From: an uncultured Actinomycetes bacterium
GTDB lineage: Bacteria > Actinomycetota > UBA4738 > HRBIN12
Length of the DNA stretch: 64,000 nt
Assembly: GCA_963704725.1 (NCBI GenBank)
Contig: OY969934.1
Span: forward strand, 1,216,001 to 1,280,000
Direction of reading: 5' to 3'
Shown here: positions 1 to 9,326 of the stretch, in pieces
How positions within the stretch are numbered: the stretch's first letter is position 1
Layout of the letters: each line of letters begins with the position of its first letter
Program-made: the position numbers and the translations under genes
Notes under the pieces: generated by a model
What the model was told of the DNA's origin: nothing
What the model saw: only the letters and a program-made list of their open reading frames with translations
Database searches by the model: none

Positions 1-317
1 GGGTGGAGACCCGCCCGGCGGGCGACACCGTCGATCGCAGCCAGGTCGTCGTCGGTCATGGGCTCGCCCTGGTTCGCCCGGACCATGGCGTGGAGGGCAC
101 GGACGAGCTCGAGCGCGGTCTCCCGGTCGGGGTCGGAGAGCGGGGAGGCCCCGGGCATCAAGCCCCGCTCGTGCAGGAACCAGCCGAGCATCTCGCCGGA
201 CGGCGGGAGCTGCCCCTCGATCCCCTGGACGTGCTCGTGCAGGTTCGCGAAGCGCTGGATCAGCTCCAGATCCCCCGGCGCCGGGGGTGTTGTCTCGTGC
301 GCGGCGATGTCGAACAT
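1..317 (-). CDS. CGNR zinc finger / ABATE domain protein (N-terminal part; runs off the window start)
   Basis: Not in the ORF track. Manual translation from ATG 317: MFDIAAHETTPPAPGDLELIQRFANL...; the APGDLELxQxFxN start is typical of ABATE/CGNR proteins. TACACT -10-like hexamer 9 nt upstream. Confidence 0.65.
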   Translation of the reverse strand, partial: MFDIAAHETTPPAPGDLELIQRFANLHEHVQGIEGQLPPSGEMLGWFLHERGLMPGASPLSDPDRETALELVRALHAMVRANQGEPMTDDDLAAIDGVARRAGLH

Positions 318-422
318 GGCGAGGGCAGTGTACACCGACGAAACGGCTTGACGGGTTACCTGACGGGACCCAGGGAGCGCGCGGGTCTCTCGCGGTCGTC
401 CCCGTCGGTACCATCGGGAGCC

Positions 423-704
423 GTGATCGAGTTCACGCCGTGGGCCACCGAGATCCTGGGTCGCACCTTCTCCGCGGCCCGGCGCTTCAACCCTGACGTT
501 GCCGTGCGACTGCACCGGGACGGGAGCGGGGTGGCGTTCGCGCTGACGGACGAGGCGCACGAGGGCGACCGGCTGGTGCACGGGGAGGGGTTCGAGCTCT
601 GGGTCGAGGACGGCCTCGAGGGCACGGTCGACGTCGTCGAGCCGCACGACCAGCTCATCCTGCGCGCGCCGGGCGACCCCGAGCGCAGCGTCCACTCGCA
701 CTGA
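423..704 (+). CDS. Small HesB/IscA-fold-like protein lacking cysteines
   Basis: GTG 423 preceded by GGGAG and TACCAT; IEFTPWA..L....RL pattern resembles HesB-like proteins, but there is no Cys. Confidence 0.55.
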   Translation: MIEFTPWATEILGRTFSAARRFNPDVAVRLHRDGSGVAFALTDEAHEGDRLVHGEGFELWVEDGLEGTVDVVEPHDQLILRAPGDPERSVHSH

Positions 705-757
705 CCCGTCGTCGTCGGATCGACCCGGCGGCTCGCCGTTCTACACTTCCGCGCATC

Positions 758-1624
758 GTGATCTCCGGCGACGCTCCCGGCGACCGTCTCCGCCCCCTCG
801 GCGGCGGGGGCGCGGTCATGCTCATCGGGGGAGCGGAGGACAAGCTCCGCGAACGCGTCATCCTCACGCGCTTCGCCGAGGCGGCCGGTGGCGCCGAGGG
901 ACGCGTCGTCGTGATCTCGACCGCGTCGTCGCTGGGCGAGGTGGCCACGGAGCGCTACCGGACCCTCTTCTCGGCGCTCGGGATCGCCGACGTCGAGGGG
1001 ATCCGCCCGGAGGGGCGGGCCGAGGCCGACGACCCCGCCACGGCGAAGGCGCTCGCCGCGGCGACGGGCGTCTTCCTCACCGGCGGCAACCAGCTGCGGC
1101 TGTCCTCCGTGGTGGCGGGGACCAGGCTGGCCGACGCGATCCACCGCGCGCGGGACCGCGGCGCCGTTATCGCCGGCACCTCGGCGGGGGCCAGCGCCAT
1201 GGCCGCCCACATGATGGCGTTCGGACGGCCCGGCGAGAGCCCCCGGAACCGGATGGCGCAGATGGCGGCCGGCCTGGGCCTGCTCTCGGGCGTGGTGATC
1301 GACCAGCACTTCGCCGAGCGGGGGCGGTTCGGCCGCCTCCTGTCGGTGGTGGCCTACTCCCCGTCCCTCGTCGGCATCGGCCTGGACGAGGACACCTGCG
1401 CGATCGTGCACGGCGACCGGACGCTCGAGGTGATCGGGCGGGGCTCGGTCACCGTCGTCGACGGCTCGGGGGTCGTCACGGACGCACACCAGGCGAAGGG
1501 CCACCGGCCGTTCCTGGTCTCGGGCGTGGTGGTCCACTCGCTCCCGGCGGGGACGTGGTTCGACCTGCGGGCCCGCAGGCTCGTGGCCGGCGAGCCGGGG
1601 ATGGAGCGGGAGGCGTCCGAGTGA
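758..1624 (+). CDS. cphB: Cyanophycinase (peptidase S51)
   Basis: IGGAED, TGGNQ, GTSAG (catalytic Ser), DQHF (His) and GLDEDT (Glu) motifs; overlaps the cphA start. Confidence 0.95.
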   Translation: MISGDAPGDRLRPLGGGGAVMLIGGAEDKLRERVILTRFAEAAGGAEGRVVVISTASSLGEVATERYRTLFSALGIADVEGIRPEGRAEADDPATAKALAAATGVFLTGGNQLRLSSVVAGTRLADAIHRARDRGAVIAGTSAGASAMAAHMMAFGRPGESPRNRMAQMAAGLGLLSGVVIDQHFAERGRFGRLLSVVAYSPSLVGIGLDEDTCAIVHGDRTLEVIGRGSVTVVDGSGVVTDAHQAKGHRPFLVSGVVVHSLPAGTWFDLRARRLVAGEPGMEREASE

Positions 1625-4479
1625 CGGGCGGCCGGACCGGCTCGAAGGCCGAGCGCCGGCGCGCCAAGGGTGAGCCGGCGCAGAAGAAGCCGCCGCGGCG
1701 TCCCGACCTGACGATCGTCGAGACCCAGGTCTTCCGGGGGCCCAACTACTGGAGCTACGACCCGTGCATCCGGCTGCTCGTCGACCTCGGCTCGCTCGAG
1801 GCGTGGCCGTCGAACACGATCCCCGGCTTCGCCGAGGGTCTGCTCGAGCTCCTGCCCGGTGTGGGCGAGCACTCGTGCTCGCTCGGCCGCAAGGGCGGGT
1901 TCCGCGAGCGCCTCGTCGAGGGCACCTGGGTGGGCCACGTCGCCGAGCACATCGCGATCGAGCTCCAGCGCGAGTCGGGCGCCCACGTCTACCGGGGCAA
2001 GACTCGGGGCGCGGGCGAGCCGGGCCGCTACCACGTGATCTTCGGCTACTGGGAGGAGCGGGTCGGGCTCGAGGCGGGCCGGCTCGCCGTCCGGCTGGTG
2101 AACCACCTCGTGCGAGCCGAGGACGGGTTCGACTTCCCCGCCGAGCTCGAGCGGCTCATCCTGCTCGCCGAGCGGCGGGCGTTCGGGCCGTCCACCCAGG
2201 CCATCCTGGACGAGGCCGCGAGCCGCGACATCCCGTTCATCCGGCTCAACGAGTACTCGCTCGTGCAGCTCGGCTGGGGCAGGTTCCAGCAGCGGATCCG
2301 CGCCACGATGACGTCGAAGACGTCCTCGCTCGCGGTGGACATCGCCGGCGACAAGGACATGACGCGCCGGCTGCTCGCGTCGGCCGGGCTCCCCGTCCCC
2401 CGCGGGGAGATCGTCCTGACCGAGGACGCCGCCGTCGAGGCGGCCCGGCGGATCGGCTTCCCCGTGGTGACCAAGCCGCTCGACGGCAACCACGGGCGGG
2501 GCGTCGGGCTCGACCTGCGCATCGAGCGCGACGTGCGGCGGGGGTTCAAGCGCGCCCTCGAGCAGGCCCGGCGAGGCGACGTGGTCGTCGAGTCCTTCGT
2601 CACCGGCAACGACTACCGGGTGCTCGTGGTCGGGGGTCGCATGGTCGCCGTGGCCCAGCGCCTCCCGGCCCACGTGGTCGGCGACGGCGCGCACACGGTG
2701 GCCGAGCTCGTCGAGATCGCCAACCAGGACCCGCGGCGTGGCGTGGGGCACGAGAAGGTCCTGACGAGGATCAAGGTCGACGACGAGGCCGTCGCGCTGG
2801 TGAAGAAGCAGGGGTTCGCCGTGGACGACGTCCCGCCGGCGGACGCGTTCGTCAAGCTCGCCGCGACGGGCAACATGTCGACCGGCGGGATCTCGATCGA
2901 CCGCACGTGGGACGCGCACGAGGAGAACGTGGAGATCGCGGAGGAGGCGGCGCGGGTCGTCGGTCTCGACGTGGCCGGGATCGACTTCCTCACCCCGGAC
3001 ATCACGCAGCCGGTCCGCGAGACCGGCGGCGCGATCGTCGAGGTGAACGCCGCGCCCGGGTTCCGGATGCACACGCATCCCACGGAGGGCGAACCGCAGT
3101 ACGTGGCCAAGGAGGTCGTCGACCTCCTGTTCCCGCCTGGCACGCCCGCCCGGATCCCGATCGTCGCGGTGACCGGCTCGAACGGCAAGACGACGACCGT
3201 GCGGATGATCGCGCACATCTTCAAGGGGATGGGGCGGTCGGTGGGCTTCACGACCACGGACGGCGTCTACATCGACGAGCGCCTGGTGAAGCGCTCCGAC
3301 GCCAGCGGGCCGAAGTCCGCCCAGATGGTGCTGCAGAACCCGCGGGTCGACTTCGCGGTGTTCGAGACGGCTCGCGGCGGCATCCTTCGCGAGGGCCTGG
3401 GCTACGGCAAGAACGACGTCGCGGTGGTCCTCAACGTCACCGGCGACCACCTCGGGCTGAAGGGGATCGACACCCTGGAGCAGCTCGCCGCGGTGAAGCA
3501 GGTCATCGTGGAGGCCGTCCCCAAGACCGGGTGGGCGGTGCTGAACGCGGACGACCCGCTCGTGGTCGACATGCGCAAGGCGTGCAGCGGGAGCGTGATC
3601 CTGTTCTCGATGCAGGAGCGGCACGAGCTCATCGACCGGTGGGTGCGGCGCGGCCGCAAGGCCGTCGTGCTCGAGAAGGGACCGCTCGGCGAGATGATGG
3701 TGATGAAGGAGGGCCGGCGCACGACGCCGATCGCGTGGGTCCACACCCTCCCTGCGACCTTCGAGGGCCGGGCGCGGATGATGGTGCAGAACGCGATGGC
3801 CGCGGCCGCGGCGGCCCATGCCGCAGGTGCCCATCTCCACGACATCCGCCAGGGCCTGCGATCCTTCGCCACCTCGATCTACCAGGCGCCCGGCCGCCTG
3901 AACGTGTTCGATCTCGACGGCGTGAAGGTGGTCATCGACTACGCGCACAACCCGGCGGGGCTGGAGACGCTCGGCGACTTCGTGGAACGCTTGACCCAGG
4001 AGGCCCCGCAGGGTGCCCACCGCGGCGGCGGGTCGTGGACCGCCAACCTCCGCGTCGCGGTGGTCGCGACCGCGGGGGACCGACGGGACGAGGACATGCG
4101 GGAGCTCGGGCGCGTCGCGGCGCGCCACTTCGACGACGTGATCATCCGGGAGGACCGCAATCCCAGGGGCCGGCCCCGCGGGGAGACGGCGGCGCTCATC
4201 GAGGAGGGCGTTCGCGAAGCGGTGGCCGGCGGCGCCCGCGCCGGCAACGTCGAGGTCGTCCTGGACGAGATGGAGGCGACGCGGCGGGCCATCGACCGGT
4301 CCCGGCCCGGCGACCTCGTGGTGCTCTGCGTGGACTACGCCACCGAGGTCTTCCAGGAGCTGGAGCGGCGGCGACGGCTCGCCGCCCCCACGGTGATGCG
4401 CGCCGACGGCGACGGCCGGTGGGAGTCCGCCGGGGGCGATCCGGACCTGCTCGAGGTCGCCGACGAGCCCGGCCCGTGA
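1621..4479 (+). CDS. cphA: Cyanophycin synthetase CphA1 (N + ATP-grasp + Mur-ligase domains)
   Basis: RGPNYW, Cx19HxxEH (C...HVAEH), FGPST, KPLDGNHGRGV, EVNAAPGFRMH, GSNGKTTT, ETARGG, DYAHN; GTG 1621 overlaps the cphB stop (GTGA). Confidence 0.96.
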   Translation: MTGGRTGSKAERRRAKGEPAQKKPPRRPDLTIVETQVFRGPNYWSYDPCIRLLVDLGSLEAWPSNTIPGFAEGLLELLPGVGEHSCSLGRKGGFRERLVEGTWVGHVAEHIAIELQRESGAHVYRGKTRGAGEPGRYHVIFGYWEERVGLEAGRLAVRLVNHLVRAEDGFDFPAELERLILLAERRAFGPSTQAILDEAASRDIPFIRLNEYSLVQLGWGRFQQRIRATMTSKTSSLAVDIAGDKDMTRRLLASAGLPVPRGEIVLTEDAAVEAARRIGFPVVTKPLDGNHGRGVGLDLRIERDVRRGFKRALEQARRGDVVVESFVTGNDYRVLVVGGRMVAVAQRLPAHVVGDGAHTVAELVEIANQDPRRGVGHEKVLTRIKVDDEAVALVKKQGFAVDDVPPADAFVKLAATGNMSTGGISIDRTWDAHEENVEIAEEAARVVGLDVAGIDFLTPDITQPVRETGGAIVEVNAAPGFRMHTHPTEGEPQYVAKEVVDLLFPPGTPARIPIVAVTGSNGKTTTVRMIAHIFKGMGRSVGFTTTDGVYIDERLVKRSDASGPKSAQMVLQNPRVDFAVFETARGGILREGLGYGKNDVAVVLNVTGDHLGLKGIDTLEQLAAVKQVIVEAVPKTGWAVLNADDPLVVDMRKACSGSVILFSMQERHELIDRWVRRGRKAVVLEKGPLGEMMVMKEGRRTTPIAWVHTLPATFEGRARMMVQNAMAAAAAAHAAGAHLHDIRQGLRSFATSIYQAPGRLNVFDLDGVKVVIDYAHNPAGLETLGDFVERLTQEAPQGAHRGGGSWTANLRVAVVATAGDRRDEDMRELGRVAARHFDDVIIREDRNPRGRPRGETAALIEEGVREAVAGGARAGNVEVVLDEMEATRRAIDRSRPGDLVVLCVDYATEVFQELERRRRLAAPTVMRADGDGRWESAGGDPDLLEVADEPGP

Positions 4480-4820
4480 CGCCTCGGGACGAGGCGGGGA
4501 TCCGCTCGACCCTGGTCGACGAGCGCGACGGGCTCCGCGCGCAGCTCGGCGAGATCACGGCGGCGCCGCGCGATCCGATGGGGGCCGTCTCGTTCGGCAA
4601 GAGGGTGGGCGAGGGGACGACGCAGGCGGTCGAGCGCATCGCACAGGTCTCGGCGGCGAAGAACCTCGACGCGAAGCTCCGCGACGTCGAACGGGCGCTG
4701 GCCAAGCTCGACGAGGGCACCTACGGCGACTGCGACACGTGCGGCGGACGGATCGTGCCCGAGCGGCTCGAGGCGTTCCCCTGGGCGGTGCGGTGCATGG
4801 CCTGCGCGTCGGCGGGTTGA
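4476..4820 (+). CDS. TraR/DksA family C4 zinc-finger protein
   Basis: ALAKLDEGTYGDCDTCG..I..ERLEAFPWAVRCMAC; GTG 4476 overlaps the cphA stop (GTGA). Confidence 0.88.
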   Translation: MTPRDEAGIRSTLVDERDGLRAQLGEITAAPRDPMGAVSFGKRVGEGTTQAVERIAQVSAAKNLDAKLRDVERALAKLDEGTYGDCDTCGGRIVPERLEAFPWAVRCMACASAG

Positions 4821-4823
4821 GCG

Positions 4824-6539
4824 CTACGGCTCGTGCGGTGCGGCGGCCCGCGAGGCGCGCACGGACGCGACGAGCCGCCGGACGCTCGCGGGCGACAGCG
4901 CCGAGGCGCCGGCCCGGTCGAGCCAGGCGAAGATCTGCGTGCGCATGCCGAGCGCGGTGACGGCCACCACGTCGCCCCGCCGCGAACGGCCCACCATCCC
5001 CCGGAGCGCCGACAGCTCGTCCCCGTAGACGTCCACGGCCTCCGCGCCCCCGTCGAACGCCCCGAGGCGCAGGCGCTCCACGATGTTGTGCCGGTCCCGC
5101 CCTCGCAGGTACCGCAGCAGCTCGGACACCACCACGTGGTCGGCGCCCCGCGCGGCGCGGTAGGCGAACGCGTGCAGGATCTCGTCCGACCGGTCGCCGG
5201 CCGTGCAGATGGCCATCCAGATCTCGCGGCCCGCGCGCCGCAAGCCGTCGCAGAGCTCGACGAGTCCGAGCATGCCGGCCTCGTTGTGCGCGTAGTCGAT
5301 CACGACCACGCGGCCGTCGAGCCCGAACAGGTTGGCTCGGCCGGGGTTGCGCTCCGGGTCGAGGACGAAGGAGCGGAGGCCGCGCACGACGGCGGCGCGG
5401 GGCAGGCCGATGCCGAGAGCCGCGGAAGCGGCCTGCATCGCGTTCATCACGTTCGTGCTCGAGACCCCGGCGATCGTGACCGGGACGTCGGCCATGGACA
5501 CCAGGGCGTCCGAGGACCGGCCGTCGAGCACGGTCATCCACCCGTCGAGCGGGACCGTGGCCCGGCCCCCCTCGCCGAGCGTCTCGCGCACGGCGGGGTG
5601 GTCGGGGTCGAGCGAGCACAGCCAGGGCCGGCCCGTGGCGCCGCGTCGCATGGCCAGGACGCGGGGATCGTCGGCGTTCAGCACCGCCCAGCCTCCGGGC
5701 CGGGTGATCTTCGTGACGGACGCCTTGACCTCGGCGAGCTGATCGAGCGTGTGGACGCCGAGGAGGTCGAGATGGTCGGCCGAGACGTTCGTCACCACGG
5801 CGACGTCGTTGTGGAGCACGCCGATCCCTCGAAGGAGGATGCCGCCGCGCGCGGTCTCGAGCACCGCCACGTCGGGGTGCTGATCCAGGGCCGTGCGGGC
5901 GCCGCCGAAGCCGGAGTAGTCGCCCTCCTCGACGAGCTCGCCGTCGCCGCGGAAGACCCCGTCGGTCGAGGAGTACGCGACGGTCCGCCGCGCCGACCGG
6001 ACGAGGTGCGCGAGCAGACGGACCGTGGTCGTCTTGCCGTTCGTACCGGTGACCGAGACGACCGGGATCGTGGGGTCGCCGACCGTGGGCTCCTCACCGG
6101 GTTCGGCGGCCCGGACGCCTCGCGCCGCCTCGGCCAGGGCTCGCTCGACCGATCGCCGGGCGTCGATCGTGGCCAGGAGCGCCGCGACCGCCCGCCCCGC
6201 CGCCTCGGCCGTGCCCCGCCGCCTCCACGGGAACGCCACCACCACCTGGTCGCGCTCGGGTCCCGGCCGGCTCCGGACCGCGAGCCGGACCTCGCTGGCC
6301 CGCGCCAGCCGAGTGGTGATCGTCGCCGCGAGCCGGGCGACGGCTCGACGGCGCTGGTCCGAGCCCGGCCGCCCCGGTCTGCCGTTCGCCCCGACGCGAT
6401 CCGAGATCGCGGCGAACCGGTTCTCGGGCATGGCCATCCACGGACCGACCGCGAGCGTGAGCTTGATCGCGGGCCGAGGGAAGTAGACGTTCGGGCCCTC
6501 GAGCACCCGCAGCTCCACCAGCTCCGCCCGCGCCGCCAC
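4824..6539 (-). CDS. CphA-derived Mur-ligase protein: degenerate N domain + M domain, no ATP-grasp domain
   Basis: LEGPNVYFPRPAIKLTL resembles the CphA N-terminus, followed directly by VTGTNGKTTT, ETARGG, TNVSADHL, LNADD, PGR, DYAHN, GDR; TATCCT 6 nt before GTG 6539. Confidence 0.85.
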   Translation of the reverse strand: MAARAELVELRVLEGPNVYFPRPAIKLTLAVGPWMAMPENRFAAISDRVGANGRPGRPGSDQRRRAVARLAATITTRLARASEVRLAVRSRPGPERDQVVVAFPWRRRGTAEAAGRAVAALLATIDARRSVERALAEAARGVRAAEPGEEPTVGDPTIPVVSVTGTNGKTTTVRLLAHLVRSARRTVAYSSTDGVFRGDGELVEEGDYSGFGGARTALDQHPDVAVLETARGGILLRGIGVLHNDVAVVTNVSADHLDLLGVHTLDQLAEVKASVTKITRPGGWAVLNADDPRVLAMRRGATGRPWLCSLDPDHPAVRETLGEGGRATVPLDGWMTVLDGRSSDALVSMADVPVTIAGVSSTNVMNAMQAASAALGIGLPRAAVVRGLRSFVLDPERNPGRANLFGLDGRVVVIDYAHNEAGMLGLVELCDGLRRAGREIWMAICTAGDRSDEILHAFAYRAARGADHVVVSELLRYLRGRDRHNIVERLRLGAFDGGAEAVDVYGDELSALRGMVGRSRRGDVVAVTALGMRTQIFAWLDRAGASALSPASVRRLVASVRASRAAAPHEP

Positions 6540-6552
6540 GCGCGGAGGATAC

Positions 6553-7848
6553 TCAGGCCATCTCGCCCGCGTGATAACGCCGGAACGCCGGGACGGCCAG
6601 CGCGACGAGCCCGGCACCGGCCAGGGACAGCAGCCCGCCGGAGACCACCGAGATCGTGGGCGTGAAGGCCGACGCGACGAGGCCGGCCTCGAGGTCCCCC
6701 AGGCGCGGGCCGCCTGTCACCACGAGGATGTGGATCTGCGAGAGGCGGCCGCGCAGGGCGTCGGGCACCGTCACCTGCAGGATCGTGTTGCGGAACACGG
6801 CGGAGATCACGTCGGCCCCGCCGGCGAACGCGAGGCACAGCAGCGCCAGCCACAACCGGTCGCCGACGAGCCCGAACGCCGTGATGCCCGCGCCCCACAG
6901 CGCGACCGACCAGATCACCGCCAGTCCCTGATGGCGGACGCGACCCACCCAGCCGGTCGTCAGCGCGGCTACAAGGGCGCCCGCCGCCGGCGCCGCGAGG
7001 AGGAAGCCGACGATCGCCTCGCCACGGTGGAACTGCAAGACCGCGAGGAACGTGTACAGCGCCCGGGGCAGGCCGAACACCATGGCGATGACGTCGATGA
7101 CGAACGTCGACTGGAGCACCGGGCGGCCCCGGAGATAGGCGAAGCCCTCGCGGACCGCGGGCCATCCGGTGGGAGCGCCGGGGACGCGGTCCGGGGGCAT
7201 CCGGGGCAGGCGGATCGCCGCCCACAGCATGGCCAGGGCGCTCACGAGGTCGACGCCGTACGCCCACGGGAGGTCGTACCGGGCGATCACGATCCCCGCG
7301 ACGGCGGGACCGGCCAGCGCCGTGGCGTTGAAGACGACCTGGTTCAGCGCGGCGGCCGCGGGGAGCAGATCGACGCCGATCAGCCGCGGCGTCATCGCGG
7401 TCCGCACCGGCGAGTTGATCGACGACTCGGCCGCCAGCAGCGCGACCGCGGTGTAGATGACCCAGAGGGGCGGATGCCGATGGAACGCTCCGGCCAGGAG
7501 GATGCCGACCGCGACCATGTACGTCAGCTGCGCGACGACGAGCGTCGAACGCCGGTCGTAGACGTCCACGAACGTCGCGCCGACCAGCGTGCCCAGGATC
7601 AGCGCGACGAGGCCGACGAGGCCCGTCATCCCCACCGCGACCGGCGAGTGCGTCAGGCGGTAGACCTGGATGAGGATCGCGACGAGCGTGAACTGGTAGC
7701 CGAACCCCCAGAAGAGCAGCCCGAGCCACAGTCGCCGGAAGTCCTTCGACGCTCGCAGCGGCGACAGATCGACCGCGATCCGGCGAACCCAGCCGCCCAC
7801 CCCGGCGTTCGGAGGCGGTGCGATCGGCTCGGGCGCCTCCGAGGACAT
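6553..7848 (-). CDS. MFS transporter (EntS/MFS_3-like)
   Basis: About 12 hydrophobic segments, DxYDRR loop, LRGR motif, FRRLW N-terminus. Confidence 0.88.
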   Translation of the reverse strand: MSSEAPEPIAPPPNAGVGGWVRRIAVDLSPLRASKDFRRLWLGLLFWGFGYQFTLVAILIQVYRLTHSPVAVGMTGLVGLVALILGTLVGATFVDVYDRRSTLVVAQLTYMVAVGILLAGAFHRHPPLWVIYTAVALLAAESSINSPVRTAMTPRLIGVDLLPAAAALNQVVFNATALAGPAVAGIVIARYDLPWAYGVDLVSALAMLWAAIRLPRMPPDRVPGAPTGWPAVREGFAYLRGRPVLQSTFVIDVIAMVFGLPRALYTFLAVLQFHRGEAIVGFLLAAPAAGALVAALTTGWVGRVRHQGLAVIWSVALWGAGITAFGLVGDRLWLALLCLAFAGGADVISAVFRNTILQVTVPDALRGRLSQIHILVVTGGPRLGDLEAGLVASAFTPTISVVSGGLLSLAGAGLVALAVPAFRRYHAGEMA

Positions 7849-7894
7849 GGGCCGACGCTAGCAGGCGCGCCCGGCCGAGCTTGGGTCGCAGGCC

Positions 7895-9235
7895 CTACGC
7901 GGATTCGGCGGCGATCGCCTCGTCGAGCACGGCCAGGCCCTCCTCGAGGAGGCCCTCGTCGATCGTGATCGGGGGAAGGAGCCGGATCACGTTGTCGTAC
8001 GTGCCCGCCTTCAGGATCACCACCCCGTTCTCCAGGCAGCGGCGCACGATCCGCGAGCCGGCGGCGCCGTCGAGGGGCTCCTTCGTGGTGCGATCGGCCA
8101 CCAGCTCGATCGCGTTCATCAGGCCGCGGCCGCGCACGTCGCCGATCATCCGGTGGCGGACCTGCATCTCGGCCAGGGTCGATCGCATCTGCACGCCGAG
8201 CGTGCGCGAGCGCTCGAGCAGGCCCTCGCGCTCGATCTGGTCAAGGACCGCGAGCGCCGCCGCGGCGGCGACGGGGTTGCCGCCGTAGGTTCCCCCCAGC
8301 GCCCCGACGTGCGCCGCATCCATGATGTCCGCGCGACCGGTGACCGCGCTGATGGGCAGCCCGCCGCCGAGCGACTTGGCGCTCGTGACGACGTCGGGCA
8401 CGACGCCCTCGTCCTCGATGGCGAACCACCGGCCGGCCCGTCCCATCCCGCTCTGGATCTCGTCCGCGACGAACACGATGCCGTGCTCCCGGCAGAACGC
8501 GGCGAGACCCTCGAGGAAGCCCGGCGCCGGGACGATGAAGCCGCCCTCGCCCTGGATCGGCTCGACGATCACGGCCGCGATGTTCTCCTCGCCGATGTGC
8601 TTGTGCATCTCGTCCCTCGCGTACGCCAGGGCCTCCTCCGCGGCCCGGTCCGGGCCGCCCGGCCAGCGGTACGGATACGCGTACGGCAGGCGGTAGATCT
8701 CCGGAGCGAACGGCCCCATGCCCTGCTTGTACGGCATCACCTTGGCGGTGAGGGACATCGCCATGAACGTCCGCCCGTGGAACGCGTGGTCGAACGTGAC
8801 GATCGCGGAGCGCCCCGTGGCCCTCCGGGCGATCTTCACCGCGTTCTCGACCGCCTCGGCGCCCGAGTTGGCGAGCATCGTCTTCTTCGCGAAGTCGCCC
8901 GGAACGATGGCGTTCAGGCGCTCGGCGAGCTCGATGTACGGCTCGTTCGCCGTCACGTGGAAGCAGGAGTGGGTGTCGAGCTCGAGCTGCCGTTGCGCCG
9001 CTCGCACGACCTCCGGCGCCGTGTGGCCGACGTTCAGCACGGCGATGCCGGTGGCGAAGTCGATGAGACGGTTGCCGTCGACGTCCTCGATGATCGAGCC
9101 GGAGGCGCGGGCGGTGACGATCGGATGCATGTTCGACACGCCGAGCGGCACGGCCCTGGCCCGGCGCTCGAACCACTCCCGCGACCGCGGTCCGGGGATC
9201 TCCGTGACGACCTTGCGCTCCTGCGGGATGTCCAT
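7895..9235 (-). CDS. gabT: 4-aminobutyrate--2-oxoglutarate aminotransferase (class III PLP)
   Basis: NSGAEAVENAVKIAR, FHGRT, EPIQGEGG, ADEIQSGMGRAG, SAKSLGGG, GGTYGGNP; ATG 9235 with GAGGAGG SD. Confidence 0.9.
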   Translation of the reverse strand: MDIPQERKVVTEIPGPRSREWFERRARAVPLGVSNMHPIVTARASGSIIEDVDGNRLIDFATGIAVLNVGHTAPEVVRAAQRQLELDTHSCFHVTANEPYIELAERLNAIVPGDFAKKTMLANSGAEAVENAVKIARRATGRSAIVTFDHAFHGRTFMAMSLTAKVMPYKQGMGPFAPEIYRLPYAYPYRWPGGPDRAAEEALAYARDEMHKHIGEENIAAVIVEPIQGEGGFIVPAPGFLEGLAAFCREHGIVFVADEIQSGMGRAGRWFAIEDEGVVPDVVTSAKSLGGGLPISAVTGRADIMDAAHVGALGGTYGGNPVAAAAALAVLDQIEREGLLERSRTLGVQMRSTLAEMQVRHRMIGDVRGRGLMNAIELVADRTTKEPLDGAAGSRIVRRCLENGVVILKAGTYDNVIRLLPPITIDEGLLEEGLAVLDEAIAAESA

Positions 9236-9326
9236 CGGTGGCCTCCTCAGCGCTCCGCGTGACGAGTGTGCCCGTCCGCCGGGCGGCCTGTCAGGCCGTT
9301 CCCCGACCAAGGAGGCCGAGCCGGTT

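Noticed and set aside
4824-6539. MurE/MurF or FolC housekeeping ligase
   Set aside because: It carries CphA-specific ETARGG and GPN N-terminal motifs, lies beside cphA and is not in a dcw or fol context.
9309-9315. Strong SD AAGGAGG in the gabT/pucR gap suggesting a hidden ORF
   Set aside because: No suitably spaced start leading to a credible ORF; the region is occupied by operator boxes.
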